From positions 77,004,001 through 77,068,000 of the forward strand of contig OZ320316.1 in the NCBI GenBank assembly GCA_976226885.1: a stretch of 64,000 nt of DNA, in the 5' to 3' direction. Source of the stretch: Iphione sp. A-MEVVRFRX5 (lineage: Eukaryota). The position numbers and the translations under genes are program-made. The number at the start of each line of letters is the position of its first letter. Position 1 is the stretch's first letter. This document shows positions 27,534 through 37,148 of the stretch, one piece after another. A model generated the notes under the pieces. The model made no database searches, was not told where the DNA came from, and worked only from the letters and a program-made list of their open reading frames with translations.

Positions 27534-28781
27534 CGTCAAGACCTGGCAACGGTCACCTAGACGTGGTAGTTTTTACAGGGGCCATTTCTCCTGCGAAAAG
27601 TCTATTATTTCAAGCGGTTCATCCCAGCGCGCCAACAGCACCACTCCAATAACAAAACAACGGCCCGGATGTGTCCACCGCTCACTGTCCATTTACATAT
27701 CGCCGAGGTATCCACTCGTGGTTAAATCACTGCTGGATAGAATGTCCTCTCAAGGGGCCGAGGGGTTAGTCGTCTCCTGTTTTGGCTGGGCTGAACATGG
27801 TGACAATGGATATCATCCCCTCGTTAGGCTGGCAACATTCCCGGCTGCATTTACAAGCGGCAGTCTGACTAGGCTCTGATCTTTCTGCACTCCCCATCTG
27901 TGGTAACCACATGTCCGAACGCAATGTGTGCACGTTCGATGCCGTCCATTGTTATTCTATATAATACTGTGTCCGATCCTGGGCATATGTGTGATTACTT
28001 GTACGCCGTCGTCGGTAAGTTCACGTGTGCATCTGAACGTCAGAAGCACATGCCTACGCGTACGTAAAACGCGTGCACGTATGCGCGTTCTCCACTGCGT
28101 ATATCACCGCCGTGCGTGTGCCTGCATCAGCACGTGTTGTCTCCGAGGGTGAGACAGCAAACGAGACAAGGGCCCTATCGAGCGAATGGATAAGCAGCTT
28201 TCATCAGGTGGGCGCTGCACTGTCTAACGGACGAACACCCACACAGTCCTGTTCCGGGTGTGTTCGGAAAAGTAACCAAGCAATCATTCAGCACAAACTA
28301 AATTTAGAAGTGAAGGCACATTTCCAATAGAAACCTGAAGTGGCCTCTCAACTGATGCAAAAGTTCAACCTACGGCTTTTCCTGATAACGGGGATGAATG
28401 ATATGAAAGGTATGCGGCACGAAGCTGCCAGCTTATCAGCAGCGTTCTCAAGTGGCCAAGATAACTTTACATATATATGTATGTGCAAAACTGCCACCAT
28501 CGATCGGGTAACTTTGTCTTTGTCTGACAATATCGAATAGGCCGCTGTACGTTATACCGAACAAACAACGAGGTCTTTCAGTTATTATTTTAAGAACAGG
28601 AAGCTGATCTCACGTGCAAACAGTATTCTCAGTTTTGTCTCATATCATATTCACATCCAACAGCAGCACATTAGAAACACCCTGCTTTCCATCAAAAATG
28701 CAGTATTTTATGAATATATACCAAAAAACGACTCGAAGAATGTCCTGGTTTTATACGGACACATATGGATGTTTACTATAT

Positions 28782-29367
28782 TGTAGGCTAAAGCCTAGGT
28801 TTAGTTACACTGCTAGTAGCAGGGGTCATTGAGTGCAGAACTTGGGGTCAATGAGTGCAACTTCTGATGCCACTGTCATGTACCATCTGAGGTCAATGAG
28901 TGCATTCTGGTGACCTCATGGAAATTTCCACTACTGTGTTAATGTGATGTGATTGGTTGATGGACTAGTGGAAATTTCCACTACTAAGGTGTGATTCTCT
29001 GATTGGCTGGTGGGAGATCACCCCACCTGCCCATATTAGGTAATAGAGTTATGATTGGTCACTGAGAGATCACCCCATATTTCCTAATATGGGGGGAGCT
29101 CTCTGATTGGTGGAAAACATTCTATAACTTGTTACTTTGTATCTTTTATAAGGAAAAGTGTACTGATTGGCTAGAAACATTCTTTCTGACATGATACATT
29201 GTTACAATTAATGGAACTACATTCTGATTGGTTAATCGGTGAGGCTAGGCCTCTGATTGGTGGAATGACACTCAGAAGGGATATATAAACGGTGGTTTTG
29301 GAAGGAAATAAACAGTTTGGAACCAGCAATTGTGGTGTTCACAGCAACTTTATTGGTCCACTTTACA
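28782..29367 (+). repeat. 5' LTR (586 bp)
   Basis: No difference from 39708-40293 by eye; TATATAAA at 29282, AATAAA at 29307, seven GATTGG (inverted CCAAT) boxes. Confidence 0.97.
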
Positions 29368-29368
29368 C

Positions 29369-29386
29369 TGGTGGCAGCGGTGGGAT
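29369..29386 (+). promoter_or_regulatory. Primer-binding site complementary to the tRNA-Leu 3' end
   Basis: TGGTGGCAGCGGTGGGAT is the reverse complement of ATCCCACCGCTGCCA+CCA, the 3' end of animal tRNA-Leu (AAG type) as I recall it; starts 1 nt after the LTR. Confidence 0.9.
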
Positions 29387-29392
29387 AGGATA

Positions 29393-30253
29393 ATGGCCCG
29401 CAAGATAGTGGACGTTGACGAGGAAGTACAGCTGAGAATGCCACGGGGAGTGGAGGAAGAAGAAGAGGCACCGGAGCCATTTGTGTTAGCTCCTGAAGAG
29501 CCCCTGAAGCTGAACAGTCTCAAGCCTGAGCGTTTTGACGGTCGCACTGATGATTGGGAGAGTTGGCTGTTGCAGTTCGAGGAGTGGGCAGGTGCCTGCA
29601 ATTGGTCGGAAGGGCAGAAGTCGGCGGCACTCACGCTACTACTCTCAGGAAGTGCTCGCGCATTTTACGGCGACTTGTCCAGGGAAGAGCGAGAGACGTA
29701 TGGGGCCAAAGTGAACGCTCTACAGGCCAGATTCGGCCGAGGCCGGAACCGCATCATGGCGATGCAGGACCTTTCCAGTGCCAAGCGCCACAAGGGAGAG
29801 GACGTACGGGCCTACGCCGACAAAGTTAAAAGGTTGGTGAGGAACGCGTATGAAGATGCGGGACGCGAAACCAGGGAGCTGGCTACCGTCTCAACGTTCC
29901 AACGGGGCCTGACAGAAGATCTGCATCTCAAGTGCCTCGAGGCCAAGTGCGAGACACTAGAACAGGCGATACAGGTTGTAGAAGTGCAAGAGAAGTTTCA
30001 GACAAGACGGGTACATGCAGTACAAGCAACCAAGGATCCCCAGCTGACGTGGAAGCAGGAGATGCAAGACCTGCTGTCGAAACAGATGGAGCAACTCCGG
30101 ACGGAATTGAAGAATGACGGGGAAGCTAGAAGAAATCGCCGCAAGCTCCTCACCTGCTTCGAGTGCAAAGAGATAGGACATATCCGCAGGGAGTGCCCAC
30201 TCCTCACCAAGGCGAAGCAGTCGGAAAACGACCAGCGGTCACTCCCACAGTAA
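29393..30253 (+). CDS. gag: Gag (286 aa) with a single CCHC zinc knuckle
   Basis: KPERFDG...WESWLLQFE retrotransposon-gag N-terminus; CFECKEIGHIRREC. The ATG at 29393 follows the primer site; the ORF-track start at 29330 lies inside the LTR. Confidence 0.95.
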   Translation: MARKIVDVDEEVQLRMPRGVEEEEEAPEPFVLAPEEPLKLNSLKPERFDGRTDDWESWLLQFEEWAGACNWSEGQKSAALTLLLSGSARAFYGDLSREERETYGAKVNALQARFGRGRNRIMAMQDLSSAKRHKGEDVRAYADKVKRLVRNAYEDAGRETRELATVSTFQRGLTEDLHLKCLEAKCETLEQAIQVVEVQEKFQTRRVHAVQATKDPQLTWKQEMQDLLSKQMEQLRTELKNDGEARRNRRKLLTCFECKEIGHIRRECPLLTKAKQSENDQRSLPQ

Positions 30254-33200
30254 GGCAGGGGGAGATGACCGCGTTGCCGGAATCGGGGACACTGGTAGAG
30301 GCAGGCCAGGGATTGTATCTGAAGGTAAGCGCATTTGAACAGAGCTTCCTTTTGCTGGTAGATACAGGGGCCGAAGTTTCTATCATTAACCCCCGGTTTG
30401 TCCCTGACCTGCCTCATACCATGTTACCATCCCGGATAGTGGGAGCAGGGGGTCATACTATTCCTACTTTTGGGAAGAGAATGGTCCGAGTTCGGATAGG
30501 AGCTAAGGATTTTGATCACGAATTTGTGTTAGCAGAGATTGATGGTGATGGGATCTTAGGCAATGATTTCCTAGGGGAACATAAAGCAATCCTAGATGTA
30601 GCAGAGAGGAAAGTTATGATGTATAATCAGACCTTCGGTTGTAACAGGGTCATCCGTCAGGGAGACAGGTGTTTGAAGGTTGTGTCTGATGTAGAAATTC
30701 CCGCGGGAAAGGGGTGCCTCATCCCAATTGTTAACCCAGGCGGTACCACGCTGCTGGTGGAAGGAGTCCATGAAGATCAAGTGGAAAAGGGGATTGTGAG
30801 CGTTCGATGTGTGGTTGACACAAGTCTCCCGGTGTGGAATCCAGGGTCAGACACCGTGCTGGTCAAGGGAGGGACACCAATAGCCCTGGGGACTGCAGTG
30901 CCGTCAGAGGGCCTCCCAACTGAGACACAAGCAAGAGTCAACCGTGTGAGGGCACTCTCCCCAGTCGAACAGGAGTTAGTCGAAGGACTGACGGAGGGAG
31001 CGAAGTCGCAGCTGAGCGAGGGGGAACAAGCTAAACTTAAGGCACTGTTGAAGAACTTCATACATGTGTTTGCTAGAGATAAGTTCGACCTGGGGCGGAC
31101 GGGAGTCACGCAACATCGAATCTATACGGACACTGACCATCCGATCAAACAAGCCCCCCGTCGGTTACCCCTAGCAAAGAGGCAGGAAGAGCGAAAGTTA
31201 GTGCAGGAGATGCAAGAACTCGGGGTCATCCGGGAAAGCAGGAGCCCCTGGTCAAGTCCCATCGTTATGGTAAAGAAGAAGGATGGCTCAACGCGCTTCT
31301 GTGTTGACTACCGTAAACTCAACCAGAGAACCAAGATTGATGCCTACCCTTTGCCCCGCATCGACGACTCACTTGGGACGTTGGCTGGAGCCAAGTTCTT
31401 CTGCTCCCTGGACCTCGCCTCCGGGTACTGGCAGGTGAAGATGCACCCTGAAGATGCAGAGAAGACCGCCTTCTCGACGTCATTGGGCCTGTACGAGTTC
31501 ACGGTCATGCCCTTCGGCCTAGTGAACGCCCCCGCAACCTTTGAGAGATTGATGGACACCATCCTGCGGGGCCTCACGTGGGACCAGTGCCTGGTATATT
31601 TGGACGATATCCTCGTTTTCGGTCAAGATTTTGAGCAAACACTAGGCAGACTTGAGGCTGTCCTGTCCAGATTCGAATCGGCCGGGTTGAAGTTAAAGCC
31701 CTCGAAGTGCAAGTTGTTCCTAACAGAAATCGACTTCTTAGGGCATCGCATTTCACAAGATGGCATCGCCACAGACCCGGGGAAGATCAAGAGCATCGCC
31801 GACTGGCCGACGCCAACCTGTACGACGGGGATACGCGCTTTCTTGGGCATTTGCTCCTACTACCGAAGGTACGTCCCAGATTTCGCCACCATTGCGAGTC
31901 CACTTAATCAACTCACCGGGAACAGGTCGACTTTCCGCTGGACCGAAGAGCAACAGGAGGCTTTCAAACGGTTGAAGAAGGCACTGATGTCCAGCCCCAT
32001 TCTCGGTTTCCCCATGCCAGAAGGAGAGTACACCCTGGATACAGACGCCAGTGACGTAGGACTAGGAGCGGTTCTGTCTCAACAACAAGAGGACCGAGAG
32101 GTGGTGATCGGGTATTTCAGCCGCAGCCTGAGCCCGGCTGAACGCAAGTACTGCGTCATGCGACGAGAGCTGTTAGCGGTGGTGACCAGTCTCAAACACT
32201 TCCACTTCTACCTATATGGACGAGCAGTGACAATTAGGACAGACAACGGTGCAGTCAGCTGGGTAAATCGCATTCGGGACCCAGAGGGGCAACTTGCACG
32301 CTGGATCGAACGCATCCAACAGTACCAGACGAAGTTTGTACATCGAGCCGGAAGATCTAACGGGAATGCAGATGCCCTGTCCCGACAGGAATGCAAGCAA
32401 TGCCACCAGGAACACCTTCTGGAGGAGGACCAGTCCAGCCGGGTCGCGGTCATCACCCGAAGCCAGACTCAAGACACCGATCACCGGGAGCTGCGACTAC
32501 AACAACTAGCGGACCCTGACATTGGCCCAATTCTCAAACTTCGAGAGGCCCAGACAACTCAACCGCCTTGGGAAGAAGTATCTCCTTCCTCTGCGGCAGC
32601 AAAAAGCCTGTGGCGACAATGGAATAGGCTCGAAGTGATTGATGGGATACTCCACCGACGCTGGATCGGAATTGGGGCCGATTACTCCCGAGTTCAAGTC
32701 GTGCTGCCGACCTCGAAGCGGACAGAAGTCATCCGGGCCGTCCACGGCGGGAAAGCGGGAAGCCACTTGGGATGTGATCGGACGACTTTCCTGGTGGGAC
32801 TAGCGTACTATTGGCCGGATATGAAGGGAGACGTCCGGGAAGTCTGTCAGTCATGCCACTGTGCCCTGCTAAACAAGACAGCCCTTGCCCCTCAGGCAGG
32901 GCTAACCTCTTACATAGTAGGAGAACCTATGGAGAGATGGTCTATGGACGTAGCTGGCCCATTCCCCATTACCCAACGGGGGAATAAGTACGTCTTGATG
33001 ATCGGTGACCACTTCTCCAAATGGTTAGAGGCTTTCCCGATGCCGGATCAGAAAGCCGAACGGGTGGCAAGGCTGATTCTGGAAGAAGTAATCGTTAGAT
33101 ATGGCTGTTTCCGCGAACTGCATAGTGACCAGGGGACGAATTTCTGCAGCGAAGTAATTCACTCCCTCTGCGAGCTGATGGAGATCAAGAAAACACGCAC

Positions 33201-33867
33201 CACGCCGATGCACCCTCAGGGAGACGGTTTCGTAGAAAGAAGTTTCCGCACTCTTGGACGCATGCTGAAGGCCTACCTCTACGAACACGAGGCCGAATGG
33301 GACGAGGCACTCCCGTATTTGATGATGGCCTACCGAGCGTCCCCACAAGCCAGCACAGGATTCTCTCCAAACTTCTTGATGTTTGGCCGGGAGATCACGT
33401 TGCCACTACACGTGATGGATGGGGTCCCCAGCCGAGACCCGGACTCGGATCACCCGCTGGAGGTGGCAGTGAACAGAACTCATCATCGAATGCAGCAGGC
33501 CTTCAAGAAAGCCAGGGAGAACCTAAAGTGCGCGGCAAAGACACAGGCGCATCAATACGACAAGAGAGTACGACAAGAAGAAATACATCCAGGGTCGGTA
33601 GTATGGCTCCACCATGCACAACCGCCACGGGGGAAGGCTCCAAAGCTCCACTTTCCTTGGCGAGGTCCCTGCCTTGTGACGCAAGTGCTGGACTCGGGAC
33701 GAGCAGTTGTGCAGCAGTCGTGCTCATCTCCAGGGAAGGTAGTCCACAGGAATCGCCTACTGCCATTTAAAGACAAACGACTGCCCCCATGGATTACGCG
33801 CTGGAAGAAGATCAACGAGAAGAGCACGCCGCGACGGGATGAGGTACCCCCAACCCAAGAGGTATAA
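30163..33867 (+). CDS. pol: Pol polyprotein (protease, reverse transcriptase, RNase H, integrase), in the -1 frame relative to gag
   Basis: LLVDTGA protease; LDLASGYWQ, MPFGLVNAP and YLDD in RT; TDASDVGLG in RNase H; integrase D-D-E (MDVAGP, HSDQG, VER) and a GPY/F-like WRGPC motif; uninterrupted frame. Confidence 0.98.
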   Translation: MQRDRTYPQGVPTPHQGEAVGKRPAVTPTVRQGEMTALPESGTLVEAGQGLYLKVSAFEQSFLLLVDTGAEVSIINPRFVPDLPHTMLPSRIVGAGGHTIPTFGKRMVRVRIGAKDFDHEFVLAEIDGDGILGNDFLGEHKAILDVAERKVMMYNQTFGCNRVIRQGDRCLKVVSDVEIPAGKGCLIPIVNPGGTTLLVEGVHEDQVEKGIVSVRCVVDTSLPVWNPGSDTVLVKGGTPIALGTAVPSEGLPTETQARVNRVRALSPVEQELVEGLTEGAKSQLSEGEQAKLKALLKNFIHVFARDKFDLGRTGVTQHRIYTDTDHPIKQAPRRLPLAKRQEERKLVQEMQELGVIRESRSPWSSPIVMVKKKDGSTRFCVDYRKLNQRTKIDAYPLPRIDDSLGTLAGAKFFCSLDLASGYWQVKMHPEDAEKTAFSTSLGLYEFTVMPFGLVNAPATFERLMDTILRGLTWDQCLVYLDDILVFGQDFEQTLGRLEAVLSRFESAGLKLKPSKCKLFLTEIDFLGHRISQDGIATDPGKIKSIADWPTPTCTTGIRAFLGICSYYRRYVPDFATIASPLNQLTGNRSTFRWTEEQQEAFKRLKKALMSSPILGFPMPEGEYTLDTDASDVGLGAVLSQQQEDREVVIGYFSRSLSPAERKYCVMRRELLAVVTSLKHFHFYLYGRAVTIRTDNGAVSWVNRIRDPEGQLARWIERIQQYQTKFVHRAGRSNGNADALSRQECKQCHQEHLLEEDQSSRVAVITRSQTQDTDHRELRLQQLADPDIGPILKLREAQTTQPPWEEVSPSSAAAKSLWRQWNRLEVIDGILHRRWIGIGADYSRVQVVLPTSKRTEVIRAVHGGKAGSHLGCDRTTFLVGLAYYWPDMKGDVREVCQSCHCALLNKTALAPQAGLTSYIVGEPMERWSMDVAGPFPITQRGNKYVLMIGDHFSKWLEAFPMPDQKAERVARLILEEVIVRYGCFRELHSDQGTNFCSEVIHSLCELMEIKKTRTTPMHPQGDGFVERSFRTLGRMLKAYLYEHEAEWDEALPYLMMAYRASPQASTGFSPNFLMFGREITLPLHVMDGVPSRDPDSDHPLEVAVNRTHHRMQQAFKKARENLKCAAKTQAHQYDKRVRQEEIHPGSVVWLHHAQPPRGKAPKLHFPWRGPCLVTQVLDSGRAVVQQSCSSPGKVVHRNRLLPFKDKRLPPWITRWKKINEKSTPRRDEVPPTQEV
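30223..30278 (+). promoter_or_regulatory. Predicted -1 ribosomal frameshift signal (G_GAA_AAC plus hairpin or pseudoknot)
   Basis: Heptamer is in the gag frame at 30223-30229; 5-nt spacer; stem GCGGTCACTCCC (30235-30246) pairs with GGGAG-a-TGACCGC (30260-30272); loop GGCA can pair with TGCC (30275-30278). Confidence 0.75.
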
Positions 33868-34140
33868 CTTTCCGGTTTTGGTGATGGATTGGGGACAGGT
33901 TCCCGCTGGAGTATCTTAGCATCCCGAAAAGTCGTACAGCAGGGTAAGGGACAGGTGCCCTGGAGCGTCTCAGCGTCTCGAAAGTCCCACTAGTTATTCC
34001 TTAGTTCCTCTATTGGCCTTTGCAGTTGGCGAGGTCCCCACATTTCCGTTTGGCCAGGGCAAGAGAGATCCCCCTGGAGCGTCTAGCGTCTCGAAAACCC
34101 TCTGGTTAGACTTTAGTTCCTTGTGTTCTAAGAGTTCTTT

Positions 34141-34794
34141 GTCAGGGAAGGAAGATGGTTCCCCTGGAGCGTCTCAGCGTCTCAAAAGTCTTCGGTCAGG
34201 GAAGGAAGATGGTTCCCCTGGAGCGTCTCAGCGTCTCAAAAGTCTTCGGGTCAGGGAAGGAAGATGGTTCCCCTGGAGCGTCTCAGCGTCTCAAAAGTCT
34301 TCGGTCAGGGAAGGAAGATGGTTCCCCTGGAGCGTCTCAGCGTCTCAAAAGTCTTCGGGTCAGGGAAGGAAGATGGTTCCCCTGGAGCGTCTCAGCGTCT
34401 CAAAAGTCTTCGGGTCAGGGAAGGAAGATGGTTCCCCTGGAGCGTCTCAGCGTCTCAAAAGTCTTCGGTCAGGGAAGGAAGATGGTTCCCCTGGAGCGTC
34501 TCAGCGTCTCAAAAGTCTTCGGGTCAGGGAAGGAAGATGGTTCCCCTGGAGCGTCTCAGCGTCTCAAAAGTCTTCGGTCAGGGAAGGAAGATGGTTCCCC
34601 TGGAGCGTCTCAGCGTCTCAAAAGTCTTCGGGTCAGGGAAGGAAGATGGTTCCCCTGGAGCGTCTCAGCGTCTCAAAAGTCTTCGGGTCAGGGAAGGAAG
34701 ATGGTTCCCCTGGAGCGTCTCAGCGTCTCAAAAGTCTTCGGTCAGGGAAGGAAGATGGTTCCCCTGGAGCGTTTCAGCGTCTCAAAAGTCTTCG
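34141..34794 (+). repeat. Tandem array of 12 x 54/55-bp units inside the retrotransposon
   Basis: Unit gtcagggaaggaagatggttcccctggagcgtctcagcgtctcaaaagtcttcg(g); unit lengths 54,55,54,55,55,54,55,54,55,55,54,54; flanked by a duplicated ~150-bp block and diverged units (about 33890-35050). Confidence 0.97.
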
Positions 34795-35381
34795 AAGTTA
34801 TTCCTTGGTTCCTCTATTGGCCTCTGCAGTTGGCGAGGTCCCCACATTTCCGTTTGGCCAGGGCAAGAGAGATCCCCCCTGGAGCGTCTAGCGTCTCGAA
34901 AACTCTCTGGTTAGATTTTAGTTTCTTGCGTTCTAAGAGTTCTTTGTCAGGGAAGGAAGATGGTTCCCCTGGAGCGTCTCAGCGTCTCAAAAGTCTTCGG
35001 TCAGGGTAAGGGACAGGTGCCCTAGAGCGTCTCAGCGTCTCAAAGTCCCACTAATTATTGGTTCCCCCAGACCTACCCCGAATCTTTCCATTAGCGATAT
35101 GGAAGGGAGCCCCATTCTAGGTCCGACACCAAAAAGGGGGGGGGGCTCCACCGCATGATATCTCAGGGGCCCAGTAGCATGAGTAGAATCAGTCGGGGTG
35201 GGGACCGTCTGCCGCGCTACCAACCAACGGACGGGTCGCCAACCTCGACTATCTACGCCTCGACGGAGAGAGACATCGGCACTGGGCTGCCGGTGAGCGA
35301 CCAAGTCAAGTCTGCAGATCCGGGCACTATGACCGCCAGCGGCTGCGGCTGGGCAGGACCACGATCCCAGGCGACACGACC

Positions 35382-35532
35382 GTCGTCCGCTGCATAGGAG
35401 GAAGATGTCCCAGATGATACGACCATCATCTGCTGCACCTACCTTGTCGGGTTGCCGACTGCTGTCGTCCGCTGCATAGGAGGAAGATGTCCCAGATGAT
35501 ACGACCATCATCTGCTGCACCTACCTTGTCGG
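35382..35532 (+). repeat. 69-bp direct repeat, two copies (35382-35450, 35464-35532)
   Basis: Identical copies with period 82. Confidence 0.9.
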
Positions 35533-35931
35533 AGAAAGTGGAGACAACACTACCACGCGTTAATCCCCAGAGTGGTGACTGTTACTTACCTGTGATGAAT
35601 TTGGATTGAGGACGATGATCCTAGCGAGAAGACGGGGGGACCACGGTCCCTATCGCCCCTGCGGACTGTTCCAGGCATCCGGGTGATTGCAGAGACACTT
35701 ACCATCCTCAAACGGCACGACCACCACACTTCTCAAGCCCAAGACAACAACAGATACAGGTATGTGACAGTGGCATCAATATGGGTAAAGGACGGGGTTG
35801 CTACTATTTGGCACTCGGCAGTTAGTGTGAGTCTCTAGATGGGGAGACCCCTATGTGAAGAGTTACCGACATGTGAACGTGAAAATAGAAAAAGCCAGTA
35901 AGACACAAGTGCAGGACAAGTGGATTTTTTT

Positions 35932-35937
35932 TTTATT
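35932..35937 (-). terminator. Poly(A) signal of the antisense gene
   Basis: AATAAA on the minus strand about 20 nt after the TAA stop (35957-35959), followed by a U/GU-rich tract (cttgtcctgcacttgtgtcttactggctttttctattttc). Confidence 0.7.
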
Positions 35938-35956
35938 TAGATGAAGAGTATGACGC

Positions 35957-36635
35957 TTATTCCTCGTCGGATGATATGCAAATAGGCCAGAAGCCGGTGT
36001 CGCCGGGGACTAGCCCCGTGCACCACCGCTCCATGGCGGGAATGTCCAATCCGGGTGGCAGAATGGGGGAGCGGCTGGGGGTGTCCTGGGCGGATGTGGA
36101 TGAAACACTGGGCGAGGCCGGAGTAGAGGGGATGCTCTCTTCGTCTGTTGAGCGCTCGGATGTGCCGGGGGAAGCGACGGAGGCGGTGAGAGTGCCGGGA
36201 ACGAGGGGGTCCTCCCCCTGGCTCCCCCCGACCCCGCTGTCATCGGAGGTGAGACCGGGGTCAAGTATACTGGTGGCCATGCTTCCGTACTCCCACTCGT
36301 CGTCGTTGCTGGGATGATCCTCGGCCTCCCCGGCGGCGGCCAAGAGGGCGTCCACGACACGGGGGGATGGTGGCGCATCATCCCGCGGCCAGATCACAGT
36401 GGCCGGGGCAGCGTCCCGCGGCCATACGACGGTGGCCGGCTGTTGCGGGTCGCTAGCAAGCAGCCCCGCAATGATATCGTCGCTCCGGCGCACGGTCAGG
36501 TCGATGGTATAGTTGGGACCGTAGAGCGCCAGATGCCCCGGGACATCTAGGTAGAAAGGGGCCTCCGGGGCTGCCCGCACCCCTGCAACCCGCACCCGCG
36601 GGCCGGGGGTGTAAATATCCACGTATGGGACGCCC
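35957..36635 (-). CDS. Antisense accessory gene, last coding exon (acidic, Pro/Ser-rich)
   Basis: Acceptor ctcatttcccttcctag|G GGC GTC CCA TAC GTG is in frame with the 221-aa ORF, which ends ...WPICISSDEE*. Confidence 0.75.
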
Positions 36636-36760
36636 CTAGGAAGGGAAATGAGACGAGGATGTCAGGGGGGAACAGCCATAATTAGGACAGGTGGGTTAGC
36701 ACAATGATAGAGACAAAGATGCAAACGGGATAAAGAAGCTGTAGAGAGGGGAATACTTAC

Positions 36761-36823
36761 GGGAATCCCTCATCGGGGACCGGGATGAGTCCACCTGGCT
36801 GGGGTACCCAGGGATCTCCATAC
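36761..36823 (-). CDS. Antisense accessory gene, internal exon (63 nt)
   Basis: Acceptor cctatctcccttcctag, donor gtaagt; YGDPWVPQPGGLIPVPDEGF; phases match both neighbours. Confidence 0.72.
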
Positions 36824-36947
36824 CTAGGAAGGGAGATAGGGATGGCATTTAGCTGCTGGTGATGAGGGAGGTGTTCAAATGAGGACTCAGAAATTCATGG
36901 AACTAGTCAGGAAATCACTAGGAAATGGACATAGATGGGACGCTTAC

Positions 36948-37007
36948 CGGGGGTCAGTGGGCGCGTAACCACCAAAAATAGGATCGGCATAAGCAGGCAG
37001 GGGGAAC
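36948..37007 (-). CDS. Antisense accessory gene, internal exon (60 nt)
   Basis: Acceptor cttattttccttctcag, donor gtaagc; FPLPAYADPIFGGYAPTDP; no stop; phases match. Confidence 0.7.
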
Positions 37008-37137
37008 CTGAGAAGGAAAATAAGCACTGACCTATAGTGAGATAAGTTACCTGGTAATGAAGACAAGGGAAATTACAGGGAGGCCTTTTTTTTATCAGAC
37101 ATTGACTATGGAGAATGGTAACCCCTCCCCACACACG

Positions 37138-37148
<11 letters not shown>

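Noticed and set aside
32842-32865. Integrase zinc-binding region reads CQSCHC rather than the usual CxxCxxC, suggesting a defective integrase
   Set aside because: CQSC still offers a CX2C pair and the insertion has a clean target-site duplication; it cannot be judged without a family alignment.
34013-35009. Three overlapping 216-292-aa ORFs, and a possible CRISPR-like reading of the array
   Set aside because: The ORFs arise because the repeat unit lacks stop triplets, and the 54/55 alternation cycles the same peptides through all frames. There are no unique spacers and the context is eukaryotic, so it is not CRISPR.
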